Positions 27,646 through 35,706 of a stretch of DNA of 38,390 bases are shown here, piece after piece. A program made the position numbers and the translations under genes. This DNA comes from Pseudomonadota bacterium (GTDB taxonomy: Bacteria; Pseudomonadota; Gammaproteobacteria; Acidithiobacillales; Acidithiobacillaceae), in assembly GCA_021827445.1 (NCBI GenBank), contig JAKAVW010000001.1:1-38390 (forward strand), given 5' to 3'. Each line of letters begins with the position of its first letter. The stretch's first letter is position 1. The notes beneath the pieces are model-generated. The model was given only the letters and a program-made list of their open reading frames with translations. It was not told the origin of the DNA and made no database searches.

Positions 27646-27944
27646 ACCTGTGCTCCTGTATTCGGGGATTCGGTCCCCAACAACTCGACGGCGATACGCT
27701 GGATCAAACCCCAGCCCAGTGCAATGCGTGCTCCGCCCACCTGCAATATGGCACCACGCTTACCTGGGCCATGAACCACGCGGATGTCGGTGCCCCGGCG
27801 AATGCCGAACATGCTCATGCGTTGCTGAATGCCTCTGCCGCCAGCGACCTCGCGTACCCTGGCGCTGTCGCCCGGTTTAAGGTCTCCTACGGACAGGAAT
27901 GGATGCACTGGATCGGCTTGCTTATGCATGAGGGCTGTTTCCAT
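27642..27944 (-). CDS. feoA: Ferrous iron transport protein FeoA
   Basis: LKPGDSARV...RMSMFGIRRGT...RIALG SH3-like pattern; overlaps the feoB start. Confidence 0.88.
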   Translation of the reverse strand: METALMHKQADPVHPFLSVGDLKPGDSARVREVAGGRGIQQRMSMFGIRRGTDIRVVHGPGKRGAILQVGGARIALGWGLIQRIAVELLGTESPNTGAQV

Positions 27945-27964
27945 GGGATGGTTTTCAATCTGCT

Positions 27965-29221
27965 TCAGGAAAATTCGACGTGTAAACGCAATATGCCGAC
28001 GGTGGCGTCAGGATAATAGCCGTTGGGATGCTGTATGTACTGCAGGTCGGGCTGCAGGCTGACCTGCCTGGTGAGTTTTGCGACGTAGGTGAGTTCGTAA
28101 GACGTTTCGGCGTTGTGGATGGCAGTGGTTTCCACGCCAAGGCGTTTTGCCACAGGACCTGGATGCAGCCAGGCGCGCGCCATGCCGATGGATAAGCTGT
28201 CATCCGGGCGACTGGCGAACGGGTGACCCAGGCGCAGTCCCAGTCCCAGATGCCAGGGGACGGGATTGAGGCCCTGTGGCGCACCACCCATCTGGACGAA
28301 GGCACCGAGCTGACGTTCTCCCGGCAGACTCCAGTTCCCTTCGGCGACAGCATAGACGCCAGAAGTCGCAGGAGAGAGCCCATAGTGGTCCGAATGGGGT
28401 TGCTGGTAGTGCCAGACACCTGCTTTGAGGACGTATCGACCATAATTGTCGGTGTTACCCTTTGGGGCGTCGTTATCCTCTTTGCCCCAGTGCAGACCGC
28501 CTTCCCATAAGGCCATGTAGCCGCGCTCAAAGGCTGAGGTCTGATGCTGCGGATCGCCCTGAAATAGCGCGACCTTGCTACTCAGGTGCTCGCTATGGGT
28601 ACCTGCCAGAAGCCCCAAGCCTGAGTAAGGATAGGTGGCGGTACCAGGGACATTGACGGTCATGGTCGGTGTCATGCCAAAGGAGCTGTTGATGAGCTGC
28701 AAGGCGTTGGCCGTGACGTCGAAGTAATAGTTCACATCCATGTAACCGATACGGGTGTTGAGCCAGTCCGTCCAGCGCTGACGGAAGGCGGCATCGTAAA
28801 AGCGGACTGCATCGGGTGCCCAGATGTTACTGGCCGTCTGGATGTCGCCGCTGTAGTTCTGCTGGATGGCGCTGTTGTAAATGCCTATCAGGGAGAGGGT
28901 GAATTTGCCGCCTTTCCACAGGCCGGCCTTTTCGCTGTCATATTCGACGCCGATCTGCCCGACGATATTACCCTCGCTGCCCTGTTTAGTCCCGCCGGCA
29001 AAATTGGTGAAAACCTCGCTATCCAGGTGTCCGGCCCAGGAGAGGCCATTGGTAATATAGCTATAGACGGGCAGATATTTGGGCGAAATGCCGGAGATGT
29101 CGGGGATAGATCCATTGCCGGAGGGCGCGGGACTATCCGTTGCCCAGGCACTGGAGACGGATCCGAGGACGCTGGCGCAGAAGAGGAGAACCACAGTAGT
29201 AGGGCAGGAAAACAAAGTCAT
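27965..29221 (-). CDS. OprB-family porin (FeoP-type, first gene of the feo operon)
   Basis: Signal peptide; INSSFG, TYPYSGLG, ETSYELTY, LQPDLQYIQHP OprB motifs; C-terminal LRLHVEF. Confidence 0.88.
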   Translation of the reverse strand: MTLFSCPTTVVLLFCASVLGSVSSAWATDSPAPSGNGSIPDISGISPKYLPVYSYITNGLSWAGHLDSEVFTNFAGGTKQGSEGNIVGQIGVEYDSEKAGLWKGGKFTLSLIGIYNSAIQQNYSGDIQTASNIWAPDAVRFYDAAFRQRWTDWLNTRIGYMDVNYYFDVTANALQLINSSFGMTPTMTVNVPGTATYPYSGLGLLAGTHSEHLSSKVALFQGDPQHQTSAFERGYMALWEGGLHWGKEDNDAPKGNTDNYGRYVLKAGVWHYQQPHSDHYGLSPATSGVYAVAEGNWSLPGERQLGAFVQMGGAPQGLNPVPWHLGLGLRLGHPFASRPDDSLSIGMARAWLHPGPVAKRLGVETTAIHNAETSYELTYVAKLTRQVSLQPDLQYIQHPNGYYPDATVGILRLHVEFS

Positions 29222-29236
29222 GGAGCGCCCTTTCGT

Positions 29237-29260
29237 AATGAATGAGAACCATTCTCACTA
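29237..29260. promoter_or_regulatory. Fur box upstream of porin-feoABC
   Basis: 7-1-7 inverted repeat TGAGAAC-C-ATTCTCA (29243-29257), ~20 bp upstream of the porin start. Confidence 0.8.
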
Positions 29261-29285
29261 TTATACGAATGGGCGTACCTGTCAA
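29257..29285 (-). promoter_or_regulatory. Sigma70 promoter of the feo operon
   Basis: Minus strand TTGACA (29285-29280), 17 nt, AATAGT. A TATAAT also occurs at a 14-nt spacing. Abuts the Fur box. Confidence 0.6.
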
Positions 29286-29337
29286 TAGGTTCTGGTGTTC
29301 GCTGTTGATCTACATGCTGGATCCTTACTGAGGGGGC

Positions 29338-29985
29338 TCAGCGAATTTCCTTCAAAACTGCGGGCAAATCCGCCTGGTCCGGGGTGCCTTTAATGATTTT
29401 CACGGTGTTATCGCGGCGTGCATAGATTATGGTGGGGACGATTTTTTGCCCGGTGGCCTCAAGAATACTCATATTTGAGTGGAGCGCATTGACGCTGGCT
29501 GCATCCGGCAGGATTTCGGGAATGGCGCCGTCATGACTGGTCACATTGAAGCCCTTTTCGTTCTTTTGCATAGCGGCCAGCGGATTTTTGGTTTCCAGTA
29601 TTGCGGCCGCTTTTCCAAAACTGGAGGGGGCGAGGTATCCCACCGGCACATAGCGAACCGTAAGTTGATCCGGCTGGATGCGTGGTTGCAGTTCATCATA
29701 GAGGACATGGCAGTAGGGACAGTTAGGGTCAAAGATGACATAGAGGACGTGCGGACCATGTCCCTGAGCGATCCAGTGGGCATGGTCCAGCCGCTGGAGG
29801 AGTGGTGCAGCGTCTCGCACTGTGCCATTTGGGGCAGCCGCCGCCAGAGGAGGTACTAGTAGGAAGAGCAAGAGGGCGAGCAAGCCAGGCAAGTGTGTCG
29901 ACCAAGCCCAGCGCCCGTCTCTGGCCCGCGTCAAGACTTTGCTGGCAGGTGTTTGCTCTCGCCTCTTTGCTGTCGAAGTAGGCAT
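29338..29985 (-). CDS. dsbG: Thiol:disulfide interchange protein, DsbG/DsbC-like
   Basis: Signal-like hydrophobic segment; FDPNCPYCH active site; VPT cis-Pro loop. Confidence 0.8.
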   Translation of the reverse strand: MPTSTAKRREQTPASKVLTRARDGRWAWSTHLPGLLALLLFLLVPPLAAAAPNGTVRDAAPLLQRLDHAHWIAQGHGPHVLYVIFDPNCPYCHVLYDELQPRIQPDQLTVRYVPVGYLAPSSFGKAAAILETKNPLAAMQKNEKGFNVTSHDGAIPEILPDAASVNALHSNMSILEATGQKIVPTIIYARRDNTVKIIKGTPDQADLPAVLKEIR

Positions 29986-30000
29986 CGGTTTGCGTCTCCA

Positions 30001-30015
30001 TGAGGATCATTCCCA
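30001..30015. promoter_or_regulatory. Possible second Fur box upstream of dsbG
   Basis: TGAGGAT-C-ATTCCCA, two mismatches from a perfect TGAGAAT-N-ATTCTCA; 15 bp upstream of the dsbG ATG. Confidence 0.4.
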
Positions 30016-30090
30016 ATCGTTGATAAGCAATTGTCGGGCCAGTAGCTATAAGGGCTGGCGTCATGTCCTGTTAAAACTAGCGATTGGGTC

Positions 30091-30119
30091 TTGCCTCGGG
30101 CACGGATACGACCTATAGT
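30091..30119 (+). promoter_or_regulatory. Sigma70-like promoter
   Basis: TTGCCT-N17-TATAGT. Confidence 0.55.
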
Positions 30120-30126
30120 CCCAAAC

Positions 30127-30267
30127 ATGGACTATGGAGCATCGATTTTACTAATGGCTAATATTCGACCTGATTTGGGAGGGGCTATCGTACGGGCGTC
30201 GCCGGTCCGATGCCCTGGGTCGTTGCGGTGCCGCGGTGCTTCCACGTCCAGAGCGCAGTATGCATGA
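30127..30267 (+). other. Candidate leaderless 46-aa sORF or small RNA
   Basis: ATG 7 nt after the -10 box; open to TGA 30265-30267; directly followed by a terminator. Confidence 0.3.
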
Positions 30268-30269
30268 CG

Positions 30270-30292
30270 AGCCGAACTTGTTCGGCTTTTTT
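30270..30292 (+). terminator. Rho-independent terminator upstream of the NlpC/P60 gene
   Basis: AGCCGAA-CTTG-TTCGGCT followed by a T-run. Confidence 0.7.
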
Positions 30293-30415
30293 ATTGTGGA
30301 TAGGGGGTAGCCTCGAAGTTTCTCTATCTTGACGAGAAATGGCAATGTCTCTGCATAATCAGCCAGAAGGCAGATTACGCAGCGGCGATTCCCAGGTGAT
30401 TCGGGAGACGAAGGA

Positions 30416-31549
30416 ATGCAGAAAAAGCATCGCTGGCAGGTTGCTGTGGCGGTATTGACGTTTCTGGGCGGGATCGGGGTGTGTCAGGCGGCGCTGCACG
30501 AGGCAGGCCACAAGGCTTGGTATCGGATCAGTCACCACACCCACGCCCGACCCCATTATAAGAGCACTTCGAAAAGTTCGAAAGCAGCCCAACTACAGCT
30601 TATCCGCAACAAGGGGTTGGTACCCGCCAGGCAGGTGAAAAGAGTGGTTTTTCGCACTGCCCATGGGACAGCGTTGCGTGCCCCCAAAAACGATTATAGG
30701 GCGTTGACACCGACGGTGTTGCAGTTGATGCATCTCGCGCCCGTCGAATTTGCCGGAGTGGGTGCTGCACCACAGCGCGTTTCGGCTTACGACTTCAAGG
30801 TGCAATTCTTTCCTGCAGCCGATGCGGAACAGGTAACGAGCCTCGTTTTTGTCGATCATTCGCTGGCGCTGGCCAGGGTAGGTATGGTGACGGATGACAC
30901 TCCGGTCGTTCTTCCAGAAAACCTCATAGCAGCGCCAGTTGATGCGGTAGTTGCCACTTCAGCACCAGAGCAGTCTCATTTACGACTCGCTTTGGAGATG
31001 TTGGCCAGCCACGCCTATTATTGGGCACGCCACCCCTTGCAGGCGTTGGAAACCAGTGGCAATGCCGCTGTCGGGCCACAAGCGGCGGCCGATCTGGCCA
31101 GTGATATCGCGCAAGAAGGGCAGCATGCGGAAACGGACAGCCATTCCGGTTACAATTCCTGGCTATCACCTCGTTCGATGGTGGTTTCCGCACTTAAGTT
31201 TATTGGTGCTCCCTATCGCTGGGGTGGTATGAGTCCGACCTCTGGATTCGACTGTAGTGGCTTTGTTAAATACATACTGGCGAAGTTTGATATTCAGGTG
31301 CCGCGCACCTCTTATGCCCAGGCAGCCGAGTTGCGGAAAGTTTCCCGGATTAACCTGAAACCGGGTGATCTGGTGTTTTTTGACACCATGCACCGGCCTT
31401 ATTCCCATGTCGGGATTTACATTGGCCACCAGCACTTCGTCAGTGCCCAGACTCCGCGCACGGGTGTCCAGGTGGCAAGCCTGGATGACCCTTACTGGGC
31501 GGCACATTTTGACGGAGCGCGTAGCTTGCCGGTATCCAACGCTTCCTGA
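30416..31549 (+). CDS. NlpC/P60 (C40) cell-wall peptidase with long N-terminal extension
   Basis: Signal peptide; GAPYRWGG, GFDCSGF, PRTS, PGDLVFF, HVGIY. Confidence 0.9.
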   Translation: MQKKHRWQVAVAVLTFLGGIGVCQAALHEAGHKAWYRISHHTHARPHYKSTSKSSKAAQLQLIRNKGLVPARQVKRVVFRTAHGTALRAPKNDYRALTPTVLQLMHLAPVEFAGVGAAPQRVSAYDFKVQFFPAADAEQVTSLVFVDHSLALARVGMVTDDTPVVLPENLIAAPVDAVVATSAPEQSHLRLALEMLASHAYYWARHPLQALETSGNAAVGPQAAADLASDIAQEGQHAETDSHSGYNSWLSPRSMVVSALKFIGAPYRWGGMSPTSGFDCSGFVKYILAKFDIQVPRTSYAQAAELRKVSRINLKPGDLVFFDTMHRPYSHVGIYIGHQHFVSAQTPRTGVQVASLDDPYWAAHFDGARSLPVSNAS

Positions 31550-31577
31550 TGACGAATGAATCTTTGCCCGTCGCTTG

Positions 31578-31617
31578 CTAAAAAACCCGCGCTTTGTTTC
31601 AGCCCGCGGGTTTTTAG
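31578..31617. terminator. Bidirectional terminator between convergent genes
   Basis: AAAAAACCCGCG ... CGCGGGTTTTT inverted repeat. Confidence 0.75.
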
Positions 31618-31665
31618 TGCGTGCAACGCGATCGGCCCGGATGGATCGTCGCTATGCACATCGCC

Positions 31666-31887
31666 CTAGGCGTCCTGCTCTATATCATCCGGCGTTTTCC
31701 ACTCGTAACGATCGGATACCTGGGACTGGGCAGCCGTGAAGCCTTCTTTCCGGAGCAGTTCGGCCAGTGCCACCGCCCCTGGACCGGCCGCTTTCTGGTT
31801 CTCCAGGATGTTGCTGGCGATTTGCGCCGCCTCATGGGTGGTCAGAACAACTTCTACGCTCTGCTCCTGCTCTTCGCGAATTTGCAT
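31666..31887 (-). CDS. Small hypothetical protein (73 aa)
   Basis: AAGGAAG RBS; protein-like composition; follows a similar small ORF. Confidence 0.7.
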   Translation of the reverse strand: MQIREEQEQSVEVVLTTHEAAQIASNILENQKAAGPGAVALAELLRKEGFTAAQSQVSDRYEWKTPDDIEQDA

Positions 31888-31899
31888 GGATGGCTTCCT

Positions 31900-32094
31900 T
31901 TAGTCAAAAACATGGGGTGGTTGTTTGAAGTGATCATCTGTCCGGTAGTCCTGCTCGGCCAGCAGGTAGACAATATCCAAGGTGTCCTTGGCAAAGTTTT
32001 CGGCATTTTTAACGATGGGCTCGACTATTTTAGCAAGGTCCTTTTTGTCGAAGCGGATGGTGATACCGTGCTTGTCTTTATGGATGACTTCCAT
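31900..32094 (-). CDS. Small hypothetical protein (64 aa)
   Basis: AGGAGAG RBS before ATG 32094 (MEVIHKDKHG...). Confidence 0.7.
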   Translation of the reverse strand: MEVIHKDKHGITIRFDKKDLAKIVEPIVKNAENFAKDTLDIVYLLAEQDYRTDDHFKQPPHVFD

Positions 32095-32203
32095 GCGTGC
32101 TCTCCTTTTTGAAGTCAACAGGCAGCGCGTTCTGTCGAGGAATGATTGCGCTTGTCTATAATGCATTTCTATGGCGCATATATTGTGATCAACTATTAGA
32201 GGT

Positions 32204-32563
32204 TTAGTTCAGCCTGAGTGCCTTGTCAAAGGGCGCTGCCGCATGGCCGGGTGCCGGACTCTGGTCCATGCGGGCGAGCAGACGCAAGCCGCCGATGACG
32301 CCGGTGATGCGCGCGCGCACGGCGTCCTCCCAGCTACCCTGGGCCAGGGGCCAGTATTTGCATTGGGTATGCGTCGCGCGGGGGATATCTGGCGCCGTGT
32401 GGCAGTCGAGAACGACAAGGAGATCGGGCCAGGCATGGTCGGGTTCATCCGTCCTCGCTTCCAGCCAGTCCGCACCCAAGGCTTCCGCCAAAGTGGCGGC
32501 ATAGCGGGCCTTTGCCGGATCAGTCGGATGCCAGAACAGGATGCGCGCGCGCCGTTTATACAT
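32204..32563 (-). CDS. Hypothetical protein, possibly a degenerate LMW-PTP/ArsC-like fold
   Basis: MYKRRARILFW...WLEART...WPDLLVVL...KYW pattern; no CX5R motif. Confidence 0.6.
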   Translation of the reverse strand: MYKRRARILFWHPTDPAKARYAATLAEALGADWLEARTDEPDHAWPDLLVVLDCHTAPDIPRATHTQCKYWPLAQGSWEDAVRARITGVIGGLRLLARMDQSPAPGHAAAPFDKALRLN

Positions 32564-32633
32564 GGAATGCCCTTGTTGCCACGAAATTGTGTAAAAATAG
32601 CAGGACTGATGATAAAACGGGAGCGGCAATGGG

Positions 32634-34559
32634 GTGTCGGGAGTGATAAGGGAGGGGGAAGACTGGTCCGTGCTGTTAGGGCAGGCCGGGGCGTTGGCCC
32701 AAGTGCTGCCGCAGTTCCGGGCGCGGACGCAGCAGCAGGCCATGGCCGCGCAGGTGGCCCATACCTTGCACAATGGTGGTGTTGCCCTGATCGAAGCGGG
32801 GACAGGGACGGGCAAAACTTTCGCTTATCTCCTGCCAGCCATGCTTTCCGGGCGCAAAGTACTGGTCTCTACCGGTAGCAAGGCCTTGCAGGATCAGATT
32901 CTGGAAAAGGATATTCCGCTGCTGTTGCGGGCTACCGGAAAGCCGCTGCGGGTCAGTCGCCTCAAGGGGAGGGCCAATTATCTCTGTCGGCATCGTCTGC
33001 AACGCTTCGGTGCCGAGGGCGTGGCACCCGCTCTGGCGGCACCTTTGGCGCGGGTGGCGGACTGGGCCGGACGGACTCGGGAGGGGGATATTGGCGAGCT
33101 GACTTCGGTGCCCGAGGATTCGCCGGTCTGGCCCCTGGTGACCTCGACCCGGGACAACTGCCTCGGCAGCGATTGCCCAGAGTATGGGCGTTGCCACGTC
33201 ATTGAGGCGCGACGGCAGGCGCAGGAGGCGGATATTCTGGTGGTGAATCATCACCTGCTCTTCTCTGATCTGGCGTTGAAGGCGAACGGCATGGGGGATT
33301 TATTGCCGCGGGTCGAGGCGATAGTGCTGGATGAGGCGCATCAGGTGCTGGATCTGGCCGGACGTTATTTCGGTCAGCAACTGAGCAGTCATCAGCTCTG
33401 GGATTGGGCACGGGACAGCCGTGCCGAAACCCTGACCGAGGCGGGGGATGATGAACGCTTACTGGCTGCAGCGGCGCAGGTGGAAACCCTCACGACCGCG
33501 TGGCGAACTACATTGGGTCCCGGTGAGGAGCGCGGGTCCTGGACCCTGCATACGGATAACGCGCAAAGTGCTGCCTTTGCCCGTCTGCGTCAGGCTGTGG
33601 CGGAGCTGAATCAGGCCCTGACCGCGGCTGCAGCGCGTGGCAAGGGCCTGGAGCAATGTGCGGCACGCGGCGCAACCCTGCTGGCGACGGTCGATTTTTT
33701 TACGACGCACGATGCCCAGAATATGGTGTTCTGGCAGGAAAAGAAGGCACGTACGGTGCAGTTCCATGCGACCCCGCTGGATGTCGCAGCACCCTTGCAG
33801 CGGCATCTGCTGGAGCCGGTGGAAAGTGTGATCCTGACCAGCGCGACTTTGCGGGTCGGTGACAGTTTCACCAGCACCGAGCGGGCCCTGGGTTTGACGG
33901 GTGCGAGCACCTTTACCGCTGCATCACCCTTTGATTATGCCCGGCAATCCTTGCTGTATCTGCCACCGGCGATGCCGGAGCCCAATCATCCCACGTATAC
34001 CCAGGCTTGTCTGGAAGCCGCTGCACCGGTCATTGAGGCCAGTGGCGGACGAACCTTTTTCCTCTTCACCAGTCACCGGGCCTTGCAGGAGGCTGCGGCA
34101 TCCTTGTCGCAGCGGCTGTCCTTCCCTATTCTGGTGCAGGGGAGCATGCCGCGACCCCGTCTTCTGGACCGTTTTCGCAGTCTGGGTAATGCGGTGCTGC
34201 TGGGGGCGGCGAGTTTCTGGGAGGGGGTGGATGTGCAGGGTGAGGCGCTCTCCTGCGTTATTATCGACAAATTGCCTTTTGCCAGTCCCGCGGACCCGAT
34301 TCTGCGGGCGCGCACGGAACAGTGCCAGGCGGCGGGCGGCGAGCCTTTCCGGGAATTGCAGATCCCCCAGGCGGTCATTGCCCTGCGCCAGGGTGTTGGG
34401 CGGCTGATACGCTCCGAGACGGATCGCGGCGTGCTCATGCTCTGCGATCCACGCCTGCGCACAAAGGGCTACGGGCGGATTTTTCTCGATAGTCTGCCGC
34501 CCATGCAGCGTGTTTCCAGCCTTGATGCGGTCCAAGCCTTCTGGCGGGAAAAAGCCTGA
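32634..34559 (+). CDS. yoaA: ATP-dependent DNA helicase, DinG/YoaA family
   Basis: EAGTGTGKT, KGRANYLC Fe-S region, VNHHL, DEAH, TSATL, FWEGVD, QGVGRLIR. Confidence 0.93.
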   Translation: MSGVIREGEDWSVLLGQAGALAQVLPQFRARTQQQAMAAQVAHTLHNGGVALIEAGTGTGKTFAYLLPAMLSGRKVLVSTGSKALQDQILEKDIPLLLRATGKPLRVSRLKGRANYLCRHRLQRFGAEGVAPALAAPLARVADWAGRTREGDIGELTSVPEDSPVWPLVTSTRDNCLGSDCPEYGRCHVIEARRQAQEADILVVNHHLLFSDLALKANGMGDLLPRVEAIVLDEAHQVLDLAGRYFGQQLSSHQLWDWARDSRAETLTEAGDDERLLAAAAQVETLTTAWRTTLGPGEERGSWTLHTDNAQSAAFARLRQAVAELNQALTAAAARGKGLEQCAARGATLLATVDFFTTHDAQNMVFWQEKKARTVQFHATPLDVAAPLQRHLLEPVESVILTSATLRVGDSFTSTERALGLTGASTFTAASPFDYARQSLLYLPPAMPEPNHPTYTQACLEAAAPVIEASGGRTFFLFTSHRALQEAAASLSQRLSFPILVQGSMPRPRLLDRFRSLGNAVLLGAASFWEGVDVQGEALSCVIIDKLPFASPADPILRARTEQCQAAGGEPFRELQIPQAVIALRQGVGRLIRSETDRGVLMLCDPRLRTKGYGRIFLDSLPPMQRVSSLDAVQAFWREKA

Positions 34560-35233
34560 TGGACGCGCGCCGTTTCCTGGCCATGGATACCGCCACCGAG
34601 GCCTGCTCGGTGGCGGTCAGTACGTCAGATGGGGTGCTGGAAGAGCTTGTCGTGGCGGCTAATGGCCACAGTCAGTTGTTGTTGCCCATGGTTCAGCGGG
34701 TGCTGGATCGTGCCGGCATGACTCTCGCCGATATAGAGGCCATCGCTTGCGGCGTAGGTCCCGGTGGCTTCACCGGAGTGCGTATTGGCGTCAGTACCGC
34801 ACAGGCGCTGGCCATGGCCCGGGGATTGCCCGTCTATCCCGTTTCCAGTTTGCAGGCACTGGCTGCGACGGTGCCGCAGCCGCAGGTGCTGGCGGCGCTC
34901 GATGCGCGTCGGGGCGAAGTTTACGCAGGGGTGTTCTGTCAGGACGCGCAGGGTATCCCTCAGTTGCAAGGTGCGGAAAAAGTCTGTGCACCCGATGTCG
35001 TGGACTGGCCCGCTGCTGGTCAGTGGTGGGGGCTGGGTACCGGCTGGCAAGCCTATCATGCCCACTGGCAGGGGACTGGCGTACTCGGTTGGCGTGGTGA
35101 CAGTTTTCCGCGGGCCGAGGCCGTATTGCGCCTTGCGCAGACGCGCTGTCAGACAGGAGATCGCGGCATTTCCCCGGCGTTGCTGGAGCCGCACTATATC
35201 CGTCCATCCCTGCCGGAGGCGCAACAAAAATGA
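34559..35233 (+). CDS. tsaB: tRNA threonylcarbamoyladenosine biosynthesis protein TsaB
   Basis: LAMDTATEACSVA, HSQLLLP, GPGGFTGVRIG, DARRGEVY, PHYIR. Confidence 0.95.
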   Translation: MDARRFLAMDTATEACSVAVSTSDGVLEELVVAANGHSQLLLPMVQRVLDRAGMTLADIEAIACGVGPGGFTGVRIGVSTAQALAMARGLPVYPVSSLQALAATVPQPQVLAALDARRGEVYAGVFCQDAQGIPQLQGAEKVCAPDVVDWPAAGQWWGLGTGWQAYHAHWQGTGVLGWRGDSFPRAEAVLRLAQTRCQTGDRGISPALLEPHYIRPSLPEAQQK

Positions 35234-35700
35234 ATCTGCGCCCCATGCAGACCGGTGATCTGGATGCCGTGGCGACGCTGGAATCGCACATTTCACCGGG
35301 ACCCTGGACGCGGGGTATTTTCCGCGACTGCATGCAGGCGGGTTATGATGCTTGGATTATGGAGGATGACGCCGGCGTGCTGGTGGCCTTTGGAGTCTTG
35401 TCCACGGGTGCGGCCGAGGCGCATATCCTCAATCTTGGTGTGGTGCCTGCCCTGCGCCGGCGCGGTTTTGGACGGCGCATGCTGCAACATCTTCTCTGCC
35501 GGGCCAGGCAACTGGGTGCGCAAAGGGCCTTTCTCGAAGTACGGGTGTCCAATGCCGGTGCGCAGGATCTGTATCGTTCCCAGGGTTTCCATGAAATCGG
35601 GGTGCGTTTGAATTATTATCGCAATGAAGAGGGTCGGGAGGATGCGCTGGTCTTGTCCTTGTCGCTTCTGCCGTCCGTAAATCAACTCAGAGAAGGTTAA
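35230..35700 (+). CDS. rimI: Ribosomal-protein-alanine N-acetyltransferase RimI
   Basis: EAHILNLGV, RRRGFGR, FLEVRVSN, GF...G.R..YY, EDAL; tsaB-rimI synteny. Confidence 0.93.
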   Translation: MNLRPMQTGDLDAVATLESHISPGPWTRGIFRDCMQAGYDAWIMEDDAGVLVAFGVLSTGAAEAHILNLGVVPALRRRGFGRRMLQHLLCRARQLGAQRAFLEVRVSNAGAQDLYRSQGFHEIGVRLNYYRNEEGREDALVLSLSLLPSVNQLREG

Positions 35701-35706
35701 TCTTTT

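Noticed and set aside
27944-27958. Fur-like sequence between the porin gene and feoA
   Set aside because: Poor symmetry and spacing relative to the 7-1-7 consensus; there is no room for a promoter in the 20-bp gap.
32178-32192. FNR-like box upstream of the small paralogue pair
   Set aside because: Only one TTGAT half-site is present; the partner half-site does not match.
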